Positions 13,542-26,231 of a DNA stretch of 64,000 nucleotides are shown here, piece by piece. The notes under the pieces were generated by a model that was not told where the DNA came from, did not search any database, and was given only the letters and a program-made list of their open reading frames with translations. The position numbers and the translations under genes are program-made. The stretch is from Phyllosticta citribraziliensis. Taxonomy: Eukaryota. The first letter of the stretch is position 1. Every line of letters begins with the position of its first letter. The DNA lies in the NCBI RefSeq assembly GCF_038025025.1, contig NW_027117344.1, forward strand, positions 1,798,001 to 1,862,000, written 5' to 3'.

Positions 13542-16361
13542 GCTTACGAATTTCTCATGTTTCCCTCTGATCTTTCGGCCTTCAATGGCCACTTTCTAGG
13601 GGACCGACACGAGCGAAGACCAGCTTGTCTGCTCTTTTTGTCGTCTTTGGTTCTCTTTTCATCTTCTGTGTCCACATTTCTCGGCTTGTGTTATTTTCCC
13701 TTTGTGCTTTCGCACCCCGTGACCTTGCTTCTTCCTGCAGCAAACATGGCGTTGTTCTCTTCTGTATCGTTTCCAACTGCGTTTTTCCCTTTCTCTTTGT
13801 ATCATGCACACATTGGACGGTTTGACGGCATTTGGGATTGACGGGGTCAGACGAGTTAACGCATAGGAGCAACAGAGCCAGCAGCCGAAGAGGGCGTGAG
13901 GTGCCTGGGAAAAGACGAAGAAAGGGTCTTGGGAAGGAGCGAGCGAGGTTGATGATGGGTCGATGGTTGGTCCGGACGTGAGGATGGATAATCAAGATCT
14001 CGAGGTAGCATACATGGGAGTCCTTTGCTGTCGTCTTGACTCATGCTTGATCGTATCGAGACTCTAGTGGTGGAGTTTTGACGCGTCAGCTCGCTTGTTG
14101 CTTCTCAGTGGACTTTGCCTTGCAGAACGGTTCGCATTTATGTGAACGAAGAGACAACAGGGCTTCTGCAACGCGTTGAGGAAGACCTGCCCTACACACA
14201 ACACAGTCGCCCAGACTCTCGTCACTTTGGATCTTTTAGTCCGTTCGCCACTTGTATCGAGTCGAGTCGCGAGGAGACGGTCATTTTCCGCGGGTGGAAG
14301 GCAAACCGCGGCTTGCTTCAGTGAGGCAACGAGACAAGGGCCCAGGTATTTGCGTCTTCAGGAGTCGGAGAGAGACAAAGGCTGAAAGTTCATGGGTGTC
14401 CAGACAGCGCAGGAGACCAAGGAGAGAGCGGCGGTGGCGGCGAGAAGAGGGGATGAAGAGCGTGGTGAGGCGACATTATGCCATGCAGTCGTATGAGCAC
14501 GCGGGCGACGGGAAAGTGTTGCTGCTCTTGGTCGAAGAAGTCTGATGGAGTGCGGTGCGGTGCTCGCATTCGGGGGCGGCGCGTCGCGCCGTTTGGTTGC
14601 GGGATGGCGTGAGCAGCAGTCCGTACGAAGTATGCCAACGTGCAGCACAGCGCCAGTCACGCCACGCTGGGCTGCGACTCGGAATTTCCGTGATTCGGCC
14701 TCGTAATGTAGGTATACACCCACAGCAGCCACGGGAGAGATTTCGGGTGGTGTTTTTCTCGTTTGAAGGTTGCGGTTTCGCGCGAGCAGATGTTCAGATT
14801 CGCAGGCCGATGCGAAGGAGGTTCAAGAAGAAAGGAGGCGTGGAAATTGGCTGATATGAGATACGAGTCGCGCTCGGGTGATTGAAGACGAGAGGCGAGC
14901 GAGGCAATGAGAGATTGTGACGGCACCCGCTGCTGATTGTGACGATGGATTGGGATGATGGGGCGAATAATCGCACACAACGAAGATAAGGACTTTTTTG
15001 GACTCCAGAAGCAGAAAAGAAGTATCGTATTCGGGGAATTTTGGCACTTGCAGGACAGCCGCGTGGAGAGAATGCAAAGTCACTGCGTCGTCTGTGGAGT
15101 TCTCTCAACCATTCTGGCGCTTGACTCCGAATGACTGTGCCTCATATTGCGGCGTTGTCCAGTTCCACGGCATCACTGACCGTCTTTCCCCCTACAACTG
15201 TGCCGCCAACTTGTCTCTCTGCTTTGTTCCCCATACGTCCTCCTGAACTCGGAGCCAAGATACAGCGTGACTCTGGTGTTCCGGACGTCCCTTCGGAAAG
15301 CCGGCTCGCGTTCTAACCGACAATGCGCTCCTCGACAGATCATTTTGCTTAAACTGGCCCGCGGATTCCGTGTCTCGAAAGTTGAAATGGCTTGGAGGGA
15401 AGATGAGTCGGCAGAGATGCTTAGGGCGGGTCGACAGAGTTTCAAAGTCAATGAGAATTTGCGGACAGGAGCGCTGTGTCCGGAAGCGAGGGTGGTTGTT
15501 GGAACGAGACGGCGATGTCTCTTCTGTCGAAGTCCACCTCACCCTCGCCCTACAGATTTCCGAAGCTATGACCCTGTCAGCGCAGCACAAGCTCAGCTCA
15601 GCTTTCCTTCCAATCTGGGCAAGGAGCTTGGGCCTGATGACAAACGCTCCCGCTTATCGGACCCCTGACCGGGAGGAGCCGAAAGCTTTGCTTTTACCTT
15701 TTTCGGTATAATAACCCCGTCGCCGTCGCCCTCGATCCGCTAGTCTGCCGGGCAAGTCGTCATCGCTGTGGAATCTTTATGCTTTTACACGGCAGATGAG
15801 ACTCTGGATTACCGGTGGTAGCCGTCGCTTTTGAAGCTTCATGATTTGTTACGGCGTCGACGACCATGGACGTTCAACGGATGTGATCGCAGTGCACCTA
15901 TTGAACCTGACGCGGTACGAGAGGAGCGAGAAAAAAAGGTTGAATGAGATATAGCTTGATTGTAGACTTGATTCTCTTGTTTTCATTGATATAGGGTGTC
16001 TTGCTTCGCCAAGTACCATTGTAGAAGCATGTGGGAGCGGGGCAGCTGGAAAACTGGCGTTTGTTATAGCTGATTTGGGTTTGCTTTCGCATTCAGCGTC
16101 CCGGAGTGGGGATGGGTATCTATTGGGGTTTTTAAACCTCTTTTGAGCAAGTGTTGGTAGAGTGAGATTGGTATATAGATCTGGTCTGCCTACTGCTGTA
16201 GAATACTCATCTGATCCTACCATCACCCTCCACACGATTTATCTCAGCTATTCCTTCAACACGTGCGTACAGACGGGTCTTCTCTACCATGATTTCAGCC
16301 ATTGACGCTTCTGCAGATACCACTTCAACTCGCTACTCCCTCAAAACCACCGATCTTCACA

Positions 16362-16789
16362 ATGGCTCCCCTCGCTCTCCAGCACTTTCCCAAGGCCCAG
16401 TCCGAGTTCAAGCCTCCTCTCATTGCCAACGAGAACGCCTTCCTTGGCGACATCGTCTCCAGGTTTGTAGCCTTCTGTCCACCAACAGCCTGCGTCTGAG
16501 ATAGCACCGCTAACGACATGGACGCAGCGAGCAAAATGACAAAGTAGCGCCCATCTCTGGCGGCATCTACCGCCTCGAGAAAGGCACTCCTCTTGTCTAC
16601 GAGTACACGTACCACGAGATCAAGCTCATCATCGACGGCCACTTTTACATCAGCGACGAGGCTGGCAACAAGGTCAAGGCGGAGAAGGGCGACGTTTTTT
16701 ACTTCCCCAAGGGCTCGAAGATTACCTTTGCGACCGACGACTTTGGTGTTGGCTTCTTCGTTGGCCAGAGGAAGGAGGGCGGCGCCTAA
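16362..16789 (+). CDS. EutQ-like cupin protein
   Basis: MAPLALQHFPKA...LGDIVS, one intron, then SGGIYRLEKGTPLVYEYTYHEIKLIIDG...GDVFYFPKGSKITF, a cupin signature. TAA at 16787-16789. Confidence 0.85.
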
Positions 16790-17131
16790 AATGTCGGTGT
16801 CGTGAATCAAAACAGCAAATGTCAAAGTGTTCAATCATTGCCTGAGCGCGTGCCGTGAATGCTGCTTGTTCGTCCAACCTGGTCGCTGGAAAAAGAGGAT
16901 CGCTGTACCGAAACGTGTGGCGCGGAGATGAGAAAGGGACGAGTTGGCAGCTGAAACATTGAAACGCGAGCGCGACACTCGGGCATCAAGGTTCAGTGCG
17001 GCCCGAGCGCGCTCCGCTGCCCGTCCCGCTGTCTGCTGCTGCACACGACACGTCCACCTCTCACTCCAACCTTTTCCACTGCTATACCACCTGTTCCGAT
17101 TACTTTCCTACATTCCTACAACACCGCCACC

Positions 17132-17948
17132 ATGCCGAGTTCAATGCTTGAGCAAATCGTCGCCTCCTCCGCCCTATCCGCCACCAGCAACGTACTCGCC
17201 CAGATCATGACGGCGCAAAAGCAAGGCGTGAGATTCTCATTCCGACACCACCAGCTTGCCTGATCCACAACGTGCTACTGCTGCTGCTGCTGCTGAATCC
17301 AGCCGCCGTTGCTACACCACAAAATCCACTCACGAAGCTTTCATTGTGCCCACAGCCGTACGCGGTCCAGCACTGACAGTGTCTCACGCTCCCAGCAACC
17401 ATTCTCCTTCGATATCGCCGCCTTTCTCAAATTCGTCCTCTGCACCGTCATCAGCACGCCGCCCAACGTCCTATGGCAAGAGTACCTCGAGGAGCAGTTT
17501 CCAGGCACAACAAAGGACAAGAAGAAAAAGTCCACCAAGGCAAAAGATGACAAGAACGAGAAACGGACCCCCGACGCCGCCGACGAAGGCCAGCGCAACT
17601 GGTGGAACGTGTTTATGAAGTTCTTCCTCGACCAGACCGTCGGCGCCTTCGTTAACATCGTCTTGTTCGTCGCGACGATACGCGCGCTCAACGGCAGCGG
17701 TAGCGACGAAATCTATGCCGCCATCAAGGATGTGAGCGTTTTTTCGCACATACTCGACCCTACGTGCATTGGGCTGATCCTTTTCCTTTCAGGGCATGTG
17801 GCCAATCTACTCGGCCGGCCTCAAGCTCTGGCCCCTCGTCTCCGTAATCAGCTTCACCGTCGTCCCCGTAGACAAGCGAGTCGTGTTTGGGAGCGTCGTC
17901 GGCGTTGCTTGGGGTGTATATCTGAGCTTGGTTGCTGCCGAGTCGTGA
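17132..17948 (+). CDS. Mpv17/PMP22 family membrane protein
   Basis: SNVLAQ, PPNVLWQEYLEEQFP, KFFLDQTVGA and LKLWPLVSVISFTVVP..R..W.VYLS. Introns at 17228-17395 and about 17732-17792. Confidence 0.9.
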
Positions 17949-18552
17949 TAGGTGTTCATTCTGCTGGGCGTTGTGCGGGCGCAACCTACACCTTGTGATT
18001 TAAACGTGTCTTAAAAGATTCTTTGCGAGGTCGAGTACACCATAGAAAAGATCCTTCTTTCGAACAATTTGCTTCGGGTGATGGGGCACATTCCCTGTCG
18101 TGTCGATCAAGAGCAAGGATAACGTGAATAACCCATTTGGAGCTTCTCAGGATGCGGCTGGGAGCTCAGTTCAGTGCAAATGTCTGTGGTAAGATATCTT
18201 TGTTTGCGAGAATAGGCATGTCTACTGACAAATTCTTTCCTTCTCTCCCTCCTGCTTCCATCATATACCAGACGGCCTTTCAATGCTCCCTAGCTTCTCG
18301 ACTTGCAATCACGCAGACTGCGCCGCTGAACGTGAATGGCCCTGCGGAAGAGGTCCGAAACTCCTCAACTCCGGCAGAACGAACTCGACAGCTCCCCGCC
18401 AGAATTCATTCCTCTGGCAAAAAGAATACCGATTGTTCCGTCTCTATCCTCTATCAAAACGTAAAGAGCCATGAATGTTCCCAGTTTCTCTGGTCCAACG
18501 ACATCGACAGTATTGTGTCTGCACTGCACCGAAGCGCCTGATTTCTTCCCGA

Positions 18553-19734
18553 TTACCAGTTTTTGGAGGGCTTTGAGACAGCAAGCCAGGTCGGACCGCA
18601 ACCACTCACAAAAATTGGATAGTGGATTTTCAGCACCAGAAGAACCGGATCCTTCCTCCAGTGGAAAGAAAATCGGGCTAGACAAATTTTACACAATCCC
18701 CAGAAGCCGTCTGATGTGGTGTTGCATAACGCAATCCGAGAACGAAACGTCACGAAATCGAGATCTCGTACCTCTAGATGCATACAAAGAGGAGTCTTGT
18801 CGCAAGCTAGTTCTGCAGAAAGCTGAGAGAACAACGGCTTCCCCACATCCTTGTGCGGATACATCGTCCGCATGCGAAAGTACCACTTGGCCCACTTGGC
18901 TCCGTCGGGTCGTTCGTACAAGATGGTGTAATCCATGCCTTCGGTCATGGAGGCTGACGCTCCAAGACGCTTGGGACAGTCGGCACAAGTAATTCGACTA
19001 GGCACCGTCACCGTGTCCTCTTGCCGCTTGATGGGGTCTTTTACGGTGTTGAAATCTACCGTCATGTGCTCACACATGTGGAAAACCCGTTCCTGGGGAA
19101 GACAGCGGCGCTTTTCGGGTCCTGCTCGAATCTGCTCGAGACTGAATGAGTCAAAAGGGTGCCGTGCGGCGCATGGTCGACAGAGGTAAAGGCCAGAACG
19201 AGGATCGTGGCCATTCACCTTCGCGCCGACTCTCCGTTCTCGCTCGCAAAGCCTTGGGTAAAGCTGCCGAATCATCCATTTACTCATTTGAACTTTCGCA
19301 GGCTTTGCCTCGGTCAATGCGTCCTGCCGTTCAACCTTTGCCATTCCAAGTCGGTCACGGAGCGTCGAATTGGTTGCCCGGATCGCACGAACGCCGGCTG
19401 GATCCAGATGGTTGTCGATCAGGCACAAAAGCTCTGTGGGCAATCGATACAGCTGCGACTGGGATAAGTTCCTCTTGTCGACGATTTCCTTTTGGCGTTT
19501 CTGCCTCGCCTGCTCTTTGAGTCGATCTTCTTCATAATTTGGGGTCATCCAGATCCGGAATTCACGGACCCAGAGGACATCCGCACGATGATCCCACTTT
19601 TCCTCCGTCTCCTCAAGAATGACGATGGAGACCCGTCGGATTAAGTCGAAGAGGGCGTATGGTATGCGTAGAATGGAGTAAGTGGGGACAACGACGGCAA
19701 GGACGGAGAGGTAGAATAGAGTTCGGAACACCAT
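18553..19734 (-). CDS. F-box-like protein with N-terminal hydrophobic segment and Cys/His-rich C-terminus
   Basis: Intronless ORF from MVFRTLF. F-box-like LYRLPTELLCLIDNHLDPAGVRAIRATNSTLR. CRPCAARH, CADC and CKIC motifs. Confidence 0.65.
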   Translation of the reverse strand: MVFRTLFYLSVLAVVVPTYSILRIPYALFDLIRRVSIVILEETEEKWDHRADVLWVREFRIWMTPNYEEDRLKEQARQKRQKEIVDKRNLSQSQLYRLPTELLCLIDNHLDPAGVRAIRATNSTLRDRLGMAKVERQDALTEAKPAKVQMSKWMIRQLYPRLCERERRVGAKVNGHDPRSGLYLCRPCAARHPFDSFSLEQIRAGPEKRRCLPQERVFHMCEHMTVDFNTVKDPIKRQEDTVTVPSRITCADCPKRLGASASMTEGMDYTILYERPDGAKWAKWYFRMRTMYPHKDVGKPLFSQLSAELACDKTPLCMHLEVRDLDFVTFRSRIALCNTTSDGFWGLCKICLARFSFHWRKDPVLLVLKIHYPIFVSGCGPTWLAVSKPSKNW

Positions 19735-20219
19735 GGTGTTGCAGGCGCGGGTCACTGACCAGCCTGAGTATCGTCAAATTGAAGTGAATGTAGGATGCCC
19801 GAGAAGACGTGGAAAAAGTTACGAAAGAGAGGGACATGGGCACCATTTATGCTGCTTTGATGTTGTTGAGTCCCACAGACAGACAACTATGGTTCACCTT
19901 CCGCGAATGACCCACGGAACGCCAACTGACTGCCACAATGTTGAGCGCATGAATGCTCCATGTGAATCTTCACAGTATCTTTGTAGATTCCCGTAAATGA
20001 TCCTGGGTATCTTTTGTCAAAACCGGCTTTGAATGCTCCCGGTTTGCCTCCAGCTCGTCTCTTTTGTGCTCAGACGCTTCCCACCAAGTATCGCTCTTTG
20101 TACAGAACTACGAAATATGGACAAGAATTAGGCAGTAAAACTGATGGAGTATCATTGTCTGTTCTACTTTGGCTTCTCTGCATGACTTGAAGCTTGCTTG
20201 CGGAACTGGTTGGAGAGAG

Positions 20220-20236
20220 AAAAAAAAAAAAAAAAA
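20220..20236. repeat. Poly(A) tract, 17 nt
   Basis: Direct read, downstream of the GH5 gene. Confidence 0.9.
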
Positions 20237-20385
20237 TTGAAGCTCAACGCGTGAAGACGACCACGTGGTCAAGAGGGAAACGATTCATCCTGTACTTAAA
20301 TGACTGACAATGCCAAAGGGTATAGATACCATGAAGTCTTGTAAAGGATGCTGAAGAAGGCAAGTAGTCTACAACTCCCAACCGC

Positions 20386-21559
20386 CTATGCACTAAACTG
20401 CTTCAGTTCAGTCATGTAGCTGTTAAAGCAAATGCCATCCTTCGGCTCCAAGTTGAAAATGTAGCTGTCGCCCCACCACGGGCCAGCAGCCCACCAAATG
20501 GCGCCCATCCAGACATCCGAATTCTCTGTCATGTGGTTCAACATCCCCTTGACGGCAGTCTTACAAACGTCGTTGTCTCCACCGGCATACTCGCCGATGA
20601 TACCCTTCTTGCTATTCGTCTTGAGCCACTGGGTCGCAACCTGCAAGCGCTCAGCACCAATGGTGCTACTGACGCACGTAGCGCTAGTCCCGGAGCTGTC
20701 TGAGTCGAGGTACTGGTGCATTTGGTATATGAGCAGGCCCTTGGGGTCTGTGAGGTTACCCATGGTGGCCCCGTTGCCCGAGCTGACCCAGCTCCATGCG
20801 CCCGTGTAAGCGTTGCCCTCGACGGTGATGTACTGGCTCGTGGCGCCAGCCGCGCGGATGCCGTTAATACCCGCTTGGTTCAGCTGCACTACAAGCGATT
20901 GCTCCATGTCGTGGAATTCGTTGTTGACGTCGAAGATTACTTTTTCATTGGACGCGAACTGTGTGGCGAGTTGCTGCCACCATGTTTGAAAGCCGGATAC
21001 GTCGGTTATGATGTTGGAGTAGAATCCTGGGGAGGAGAAGCATTGTGTTAGTGCTGGAGGGAGCAAGTTAGAACGTTATGTTCACTCACTGCCGTAGTTG
21101 TGTGGAACGATCATTGCGTAGGCGCCCTGCGCTGTGATGTTGTTGACCGTCTGATGAATGTGTTAGTACTGCGCATGAATAGTTCTGGTGTACACACATT
21201 CTTCAAGTCAGACAAGTATGCCGCGTTCAGGGTAGCGTTCATAGAGTTTTCGGTCAAACGCTCCATGAGGAAGTTGACGCGGAACGTGTTCATGCCCTGC
21301 TGCACGAAGGTCTGTTCTCGATGTCAGTCTAGTCTTCTAACAAGCCCTTGGATGGATGGAAGCGTACGCCGATGGTGGTAAGATTCGGCCACACATAGTC
21401 GGTACCAAGTGTCCCTGGAAGATTGGTCTCGCCAAACTCGGGACCACTCTCATTGATACCAAAGAACTTGAACTGCGAGGCAGCGCGTTCTTGTTTTGCA
21501 GCCGGCGCAGCAAGAGCGAGAGAAGCCGCGGTTGCGGCGAGAAAGAAAGTCGGACGCAT
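20386..21559 (-). CDS. Secreted GH5 endo-beta-1,4-glucanase, no CBM1
   Basis: Signal peptide [35 protein letters not shown], acid/base in [20 protein letters not shown], nucleophile in IGEYAGG, and WWAAGPWW. Three introns between 21025 and 21370. Confidence 0.95.
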
Positions 21560-21735
21560 CTTGAACCAGCAAGGAATTGTGCGTCAAAGAACGAAAGATG
21601 ATCAATCGACTGTTGGCAAAGTGACTATCGAATGTGAGGCTAGTCCGACTCTTATAACGCCTTGGCATGGAGGCTCCCTGTGCTTCAGCGACAAGGCTGT
21701 TGTTCGTCATATTGTCCAGAGCTGGTCTGGCCCAC

Positions 21736-21749
21736 CGGCAATTGGACCG
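21736..21749. promoter_or_regulatory. CGG-N8-CCG, candidate ClrB/CLR-2 cellulase activator site
   Basis: CGGcaattggaCCG about 180 bp upstream of the GH5 ATG. TATA-like TATAAG on the minus strand near 21651-21656. Confidence 0.55.
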
Positions 21750-22156
21750 AAATGCCATATCGAGGTATCACAGCCTATTTGGTCCAGACCATTATGCGGC
21801 GGTTTGTTTCAGCCTCCCGCTGTGGGTATCGCTTATGAGTTGCGCTAAGAGATTTGGAGCAGTGGCCATCTCAAATCGGTCCATTCAATTTCGAATGACG
21901 AGGTACAAAGAGAGGAACCATGATGCAAGAGTTCTTGTCCTTTGGGGGGGTTGGTAGCGTCGAAGTGACTGACTTATCTTGTGAGCCCAAAACTATGTGT
22001 GTTGACTCGGCTAAGAATGACACGAGGAAGAGAATTGGGGATTGAAAGACTGCTCCTAGTACGTCTTCTCTTTCTTCATTCCTAGCAATGTCTCATGAAC
22101 AGTCGTGGCGCTCGAAAACACTAACGGCCAGACTGATCTATCACAAGACCTCTGTA

Positions 22157-22166
22157 CCCCGCGGGG
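22157..22166. promoter_or_regulatory. Palindromic CCCCGCGGGG, two overlapping inverted CreA-type (SYGGRG) sites
   Basis: GCGGGG reads on both strands in the GH5/RAD1 divergent intergenic region. Confidence 0.4.
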
Positions 22167-22843
22167 GATATAATAGCTCTGAGGGTCACAGGCCCGAGAG
22201 ACCGCAATAGAGTGAGGATCCTTGGCTCATCCTGCGACTCTCAATTGAACATCTCTTCTTTGGTCAAGCGCGGTTCCAAGGCCCCAGATCGAGCGTTTCA
22301 GACTGGAGGAGTGACGAAGGGAAGGCAAGATTCAGGGCGCGTGCATGACCATTTGATGTGACGTTCATGCCGGTTTTGCCGTCTCGCTTGCTCGGGCCGC
22401 GACACTTTGGTTGGGCTTTCCGTACAGGCCGAGTCATCAGCTCTTTCTCGAAGCTATCGCTTCTATCGGTCCATATATTTCGGTGGGGCTCGAAACACAG
22501 CAATCTACTGTTGTGATTGTTTCGCGGGCGTGGCGGGCTTCAGCGGAGGACAGTACCAGGAAATGACGGTCTATGAGAACAGGGCTGGCCTGAAGAGGAG
22601 AGGAGACGAGTGATTGAACAGGTCTTGTTTTCTCGATGGCCTTAAAGGATGTGGCTTAGAAGACTTGCGCGTTCAAAAAGAATCGTTGGTGGGATAATAG
22701 ATTGGCTGGTGGTTTGAAAGAGGTGTGGAGGTGGTACGGGGCAGCCGCAAGCTTCGGCTCACGGGCCGAAGATGGCGTCCCGCACGCGACCGATGTCATC
22801 GACCGAACGCGCCCGTAACACTACCCTCCAGACAACACGCCAG

Positions 22844-25818
22844 ATGCCGCCAGGAGATGAGAAAGCCCCCGTGAAGCTATCGCTGCCTCTGGTATGCTCT
22901 CGCGACTCAGTGCCCGGTCTTTTCCACGCCTCTGACGTACACTACAGCAATACCAACAGGAAATCTTCCAAGACCTGGTAAGTCTCACTCAGGTCACCCG
23001 AGCCTCAACCGTTGCTAAAGACATGTAGCGTGATGAAGATCAGCTTGTCATCCTGGCGAGAGGTCTTGGGCTACTGCGAGTCGTGACAAATCTCCTCCAC
23101 TCCTACGATGCCGCCGGAAACAACCTCATACTCCTCATCGGGGCCGATGATCGCGAAAATGGCTGGATTGGTGAAGCTCTGGCTGAGCACGCTGTTGTCA
23201 GCAATGCCCCCAAAGCCCGCGGACTGAGTCTTGTCAACACGGACTTGACAGGCGTCACAACAAGAGAGAAGATGTACGCGCAAGGAGGAATATTTAGCAT
23301 TACCTCCCGAATATTGATCGTGGACTTTCTCTCTGGGCTGTTGGACCCCGCAACTGTGACGGGTTGCGTGGTGCTACATGCGGACAAGGTCGTCGCCACC
23401 TCCATCGAGGCCTTCATCCTGCGCATATATCGACAGAAGAACAAGACGGGGTTTCTCAAGGCTTTCTCGGATAATCCAGAGCCTTTTAATACTGGATTCT
23501 CTCCACTCGCCACAATGATGCGGAACCTTTTTCTACGAAAACCCACACTCTATCCCAGGTTCCAAGTCAGCGTTGTCAAATCGCTAGAGGGCCGCCGCAA
23601 GGCAGAAGTCATCGAATTGGAGGTGCCCATGTCCGACGCAATGACGACGATCCAACAAGCCATCATGGAGTGTGTCGAGGTGAGCATAGCTGAACTGAGA
23701 AAGAGCAACTCTGGCACGCTTGATATGGAAGAGTGGACATTGGACAGCGCGTTGCAAAAGAACTTCGATGTCATAATCAGGCGCCAGCTTGATCCTGTAT
23801 GGCATCGCACAAGTTTCCGAACGCGGCAAATCGTGAGAGACTTGTCGCTACTTCGGCATATCCTTCAGTGAGTATCTTTCTCTGGGTTGTCAAGATATAT
23901 CGTTGACGGCCGCAGTGCTATCCTGGCATACGACGCAGTCGACTTCAACAAGTACCTTGACACCGTACTGGCAGCTTCCTCGCCACCCCCCGGATCGACC
24001 AAAATGAACCAGTCGCCGTGGCTTTTCCTTGACGCCGCTCATACTCTCTTTGAGACAGCAAAACGCCGAGTCTATACTGGCAAGTTGAATGATCAGAATG
24101 CCAAAACAAATGCCAACGGCGTGCCGGACTCTTTGGTCCCAGTGCTCGAGGAACAGCCAAAATGGGGCATGTTGGCCGAAGTTTTGGAAGAGATCGAACG
24201 GGACAACTACTTCAACCCGACTCCTCAGGACGACTCGAGTGGAGCTATCCTCATAATGTGCGGTGACAATAGCACCTGTCGTCAACTGCGAGAGTACTTG
24301 CAGATTATGCACGAACAGCCAGAGGAGCAAAACGGCGAGGAGGAGGAAGGGCCGAGCGGACCGTCTGCCGCCTTTATGATGAGAAGGAAGCTGCGGAACT
24401 ACATTAGTTGGAAGCGGGATTTTGGAAAAGTCAGCGCATCTCTGTTCGCGGAGAATGCCAAGGTCATCAACAACGAATCTCGCGGAGGCCAAGGTGGACA
24501 GAGCAAAGCGCCTGCGAATAAGAGGAGGCGAGTCCGTGGTGGATCAGCAGCGGCAACAGGACCGTCACGCAATGTTGTTGGAAGCATGCAGCAGACTTTC
24601 GACCGTGAGGCTCATCTGCAGAGCCTAATATCGGAACTCCAACCCACCGAGGGAGAGGCCCAACAGAAAGGAGAAATCGCTGCGGACCCTCTCGAGGATA
24701 TGGAAGACAACTACGAACTGTATGAGATGAAGGATCTTCTTGTAATCCACCCCTACGATGGCGACATGGACGAGCACATTTTGGAGGAAGTCAGACCGCG
24801 CTACATCATCATGTATGAGCCTGACGCTGCATTCATTCGGCGGATCGAAGTGTACCGCAGCTCCCACACCGACCGAAACGTCCGCGTCTACTTCATGTAC
24901 TACGGCAACTCGGTCGAAGAGCAACGCTACCTCAGTGCCGTACGCCGGGAGAAGGATGCCTTTTCAAAGCTCATCCGCGAGCGTGGCAACATGGCCATCG
25001 TTATTGACAACTCGGGCAACCTGGATCCGCAAGAGGCCTTCTTGCGCACAGTCAACACGCGCATCGCGGGCGGAGGGCGTCTCGCCGCAACAGCCTCGCC
25101 ACCCCGTGTCGTCGTCGACGTGCGCGAGTTCCGGTCCTCGCTACCCTCGCTGTTGCACGGCCGCAGCATGGTAGTCGTGCCCTGCATGCTGACTGTCGGC
25201 GACTACGTGCTCACGCCCAACATCTGCATCGAGCGCAAATCCGTTCGCGACCTGATCCAATCGCTCAACAATGGGCGGCTGTACAACCAAGCCGAAACGA
25301 TGCTGCTGCACTACCAAAACCCCATGCTGCTGATCGAATTCGACCAAAACAAGTCGTTCACGCTCGAGCCGTTCGCTGACCTCTCTGCCACTTCGTCGTC
25401 CAGCAGCGCCGCCGCCGCCGCCATGGCCGCGCCGGACCTGCAGTCCAAGCTGGTGATGCTGACACTGGCGTTCCCGCGCCTGCGCATCATCTGGAGCAGC
25501 AGTCCGTACCAGACGGCCGAGATCTTCGAGGAGCTCAAGAAGCAGCAGGAGGAGCCCGATCCCATCCGCGCCGTGCAGATTGGCCTCGACGCCGGCGAGG
25601 ACCCGCACACCCGCACTTTCAACCAGATCCCCCAAGACATGCTGCGCGTCGTGCCTGGCGTTGATGGCAACGAGAAGATCATGCAGCGCATCATGTTCAA
25701 TGTCGGGAGCGTGTGGGAGCTGGCCAACATGGCCGAGGAGGAGCTGTCGGGGCTTAGTGGACGTGAGGTCGGGCGGCAGGTCTTTCGATTCTTCAACAGG
25801 GACGTCATTGACGATTAG
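22844..25818 (+). CDS. RAD1: DNA repair endonuclease XPF/Rad1 (ERCC4)
   Basis: Helicase-like N-terminus (ITSRILIVDFL, EAFILRIYR, YFMYYGNSVEEQRYL) and ERCC4 nuclease core VVDVREF...GDYVLTPNICIERKS. Introns at 22892-22947, 22978-23028 and 23868-23915. An in-frame upstream ATG exists at 22772. Confidence 0.96.
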
Positions 25819-26231
25819 GCTGGTGGCTGGATCTGTTTGTGAAGAACACTCCTGAAGAATATGATGTAGAAATTTCAAGTAGTTCTTGATGCTGCTAGAC
25901 CTAACATCCATATCAATGGAGTTCAATCATGTCAAAGCTAAATCGCCATTTGGCATCCTGACTCCCTCCGTAGCAAAGCCCTCCGTTATAACAGACGCAT
26001 CCTTACACTGCAAGCAAGTACCACCGATACCGCTCCTGACTCCCTGAAAAATTCCATAGCAACAGCCCAGATAGAATGGACACATAACCACATTGACCTT
26101 GACGCTCATAATCATAGCAAAATAGCAACCAGTTTCTGGAGGAAGTTGTCGGAAAGTCTCAGTGTCGTCACCATCGTCGACGTCTCTTCGAACAGAGTCT
26201 CCGGTGTCGCTCTTGGTTTTCATCGACAGAA

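Noticed and set aside
17228..17395. Long Mpv17 intron with CTG repeat and internal CAG-CC-GTACGC suggesting a microexon
   Set aside because: Flanking exons already join in phase 0, and a 2-nt exon would break the frame.
22143..22628. 9-bp inverted repeat (ACAAGACCT/AGGTCTTGT) bracketing about 480 nt, with fragments reminiscent of U3 or hammerhead motifs
   Set aside because: A 9-bp match at this spacing is expected many times by chance in 64 kb. I found no complete U3, RNase P/MRP, snR30 or hammerhead consensus. An Rfam cmscan would settle it.
25141..25926. 261-aa antisense ORF over RAD1, and similar ones at 2479-3135, 12761-13444, 36848-37609, 43406-44101 and 63207-63923
   Set aside because: Shadow frames of GC3-rich real genes, with no independent motifs.
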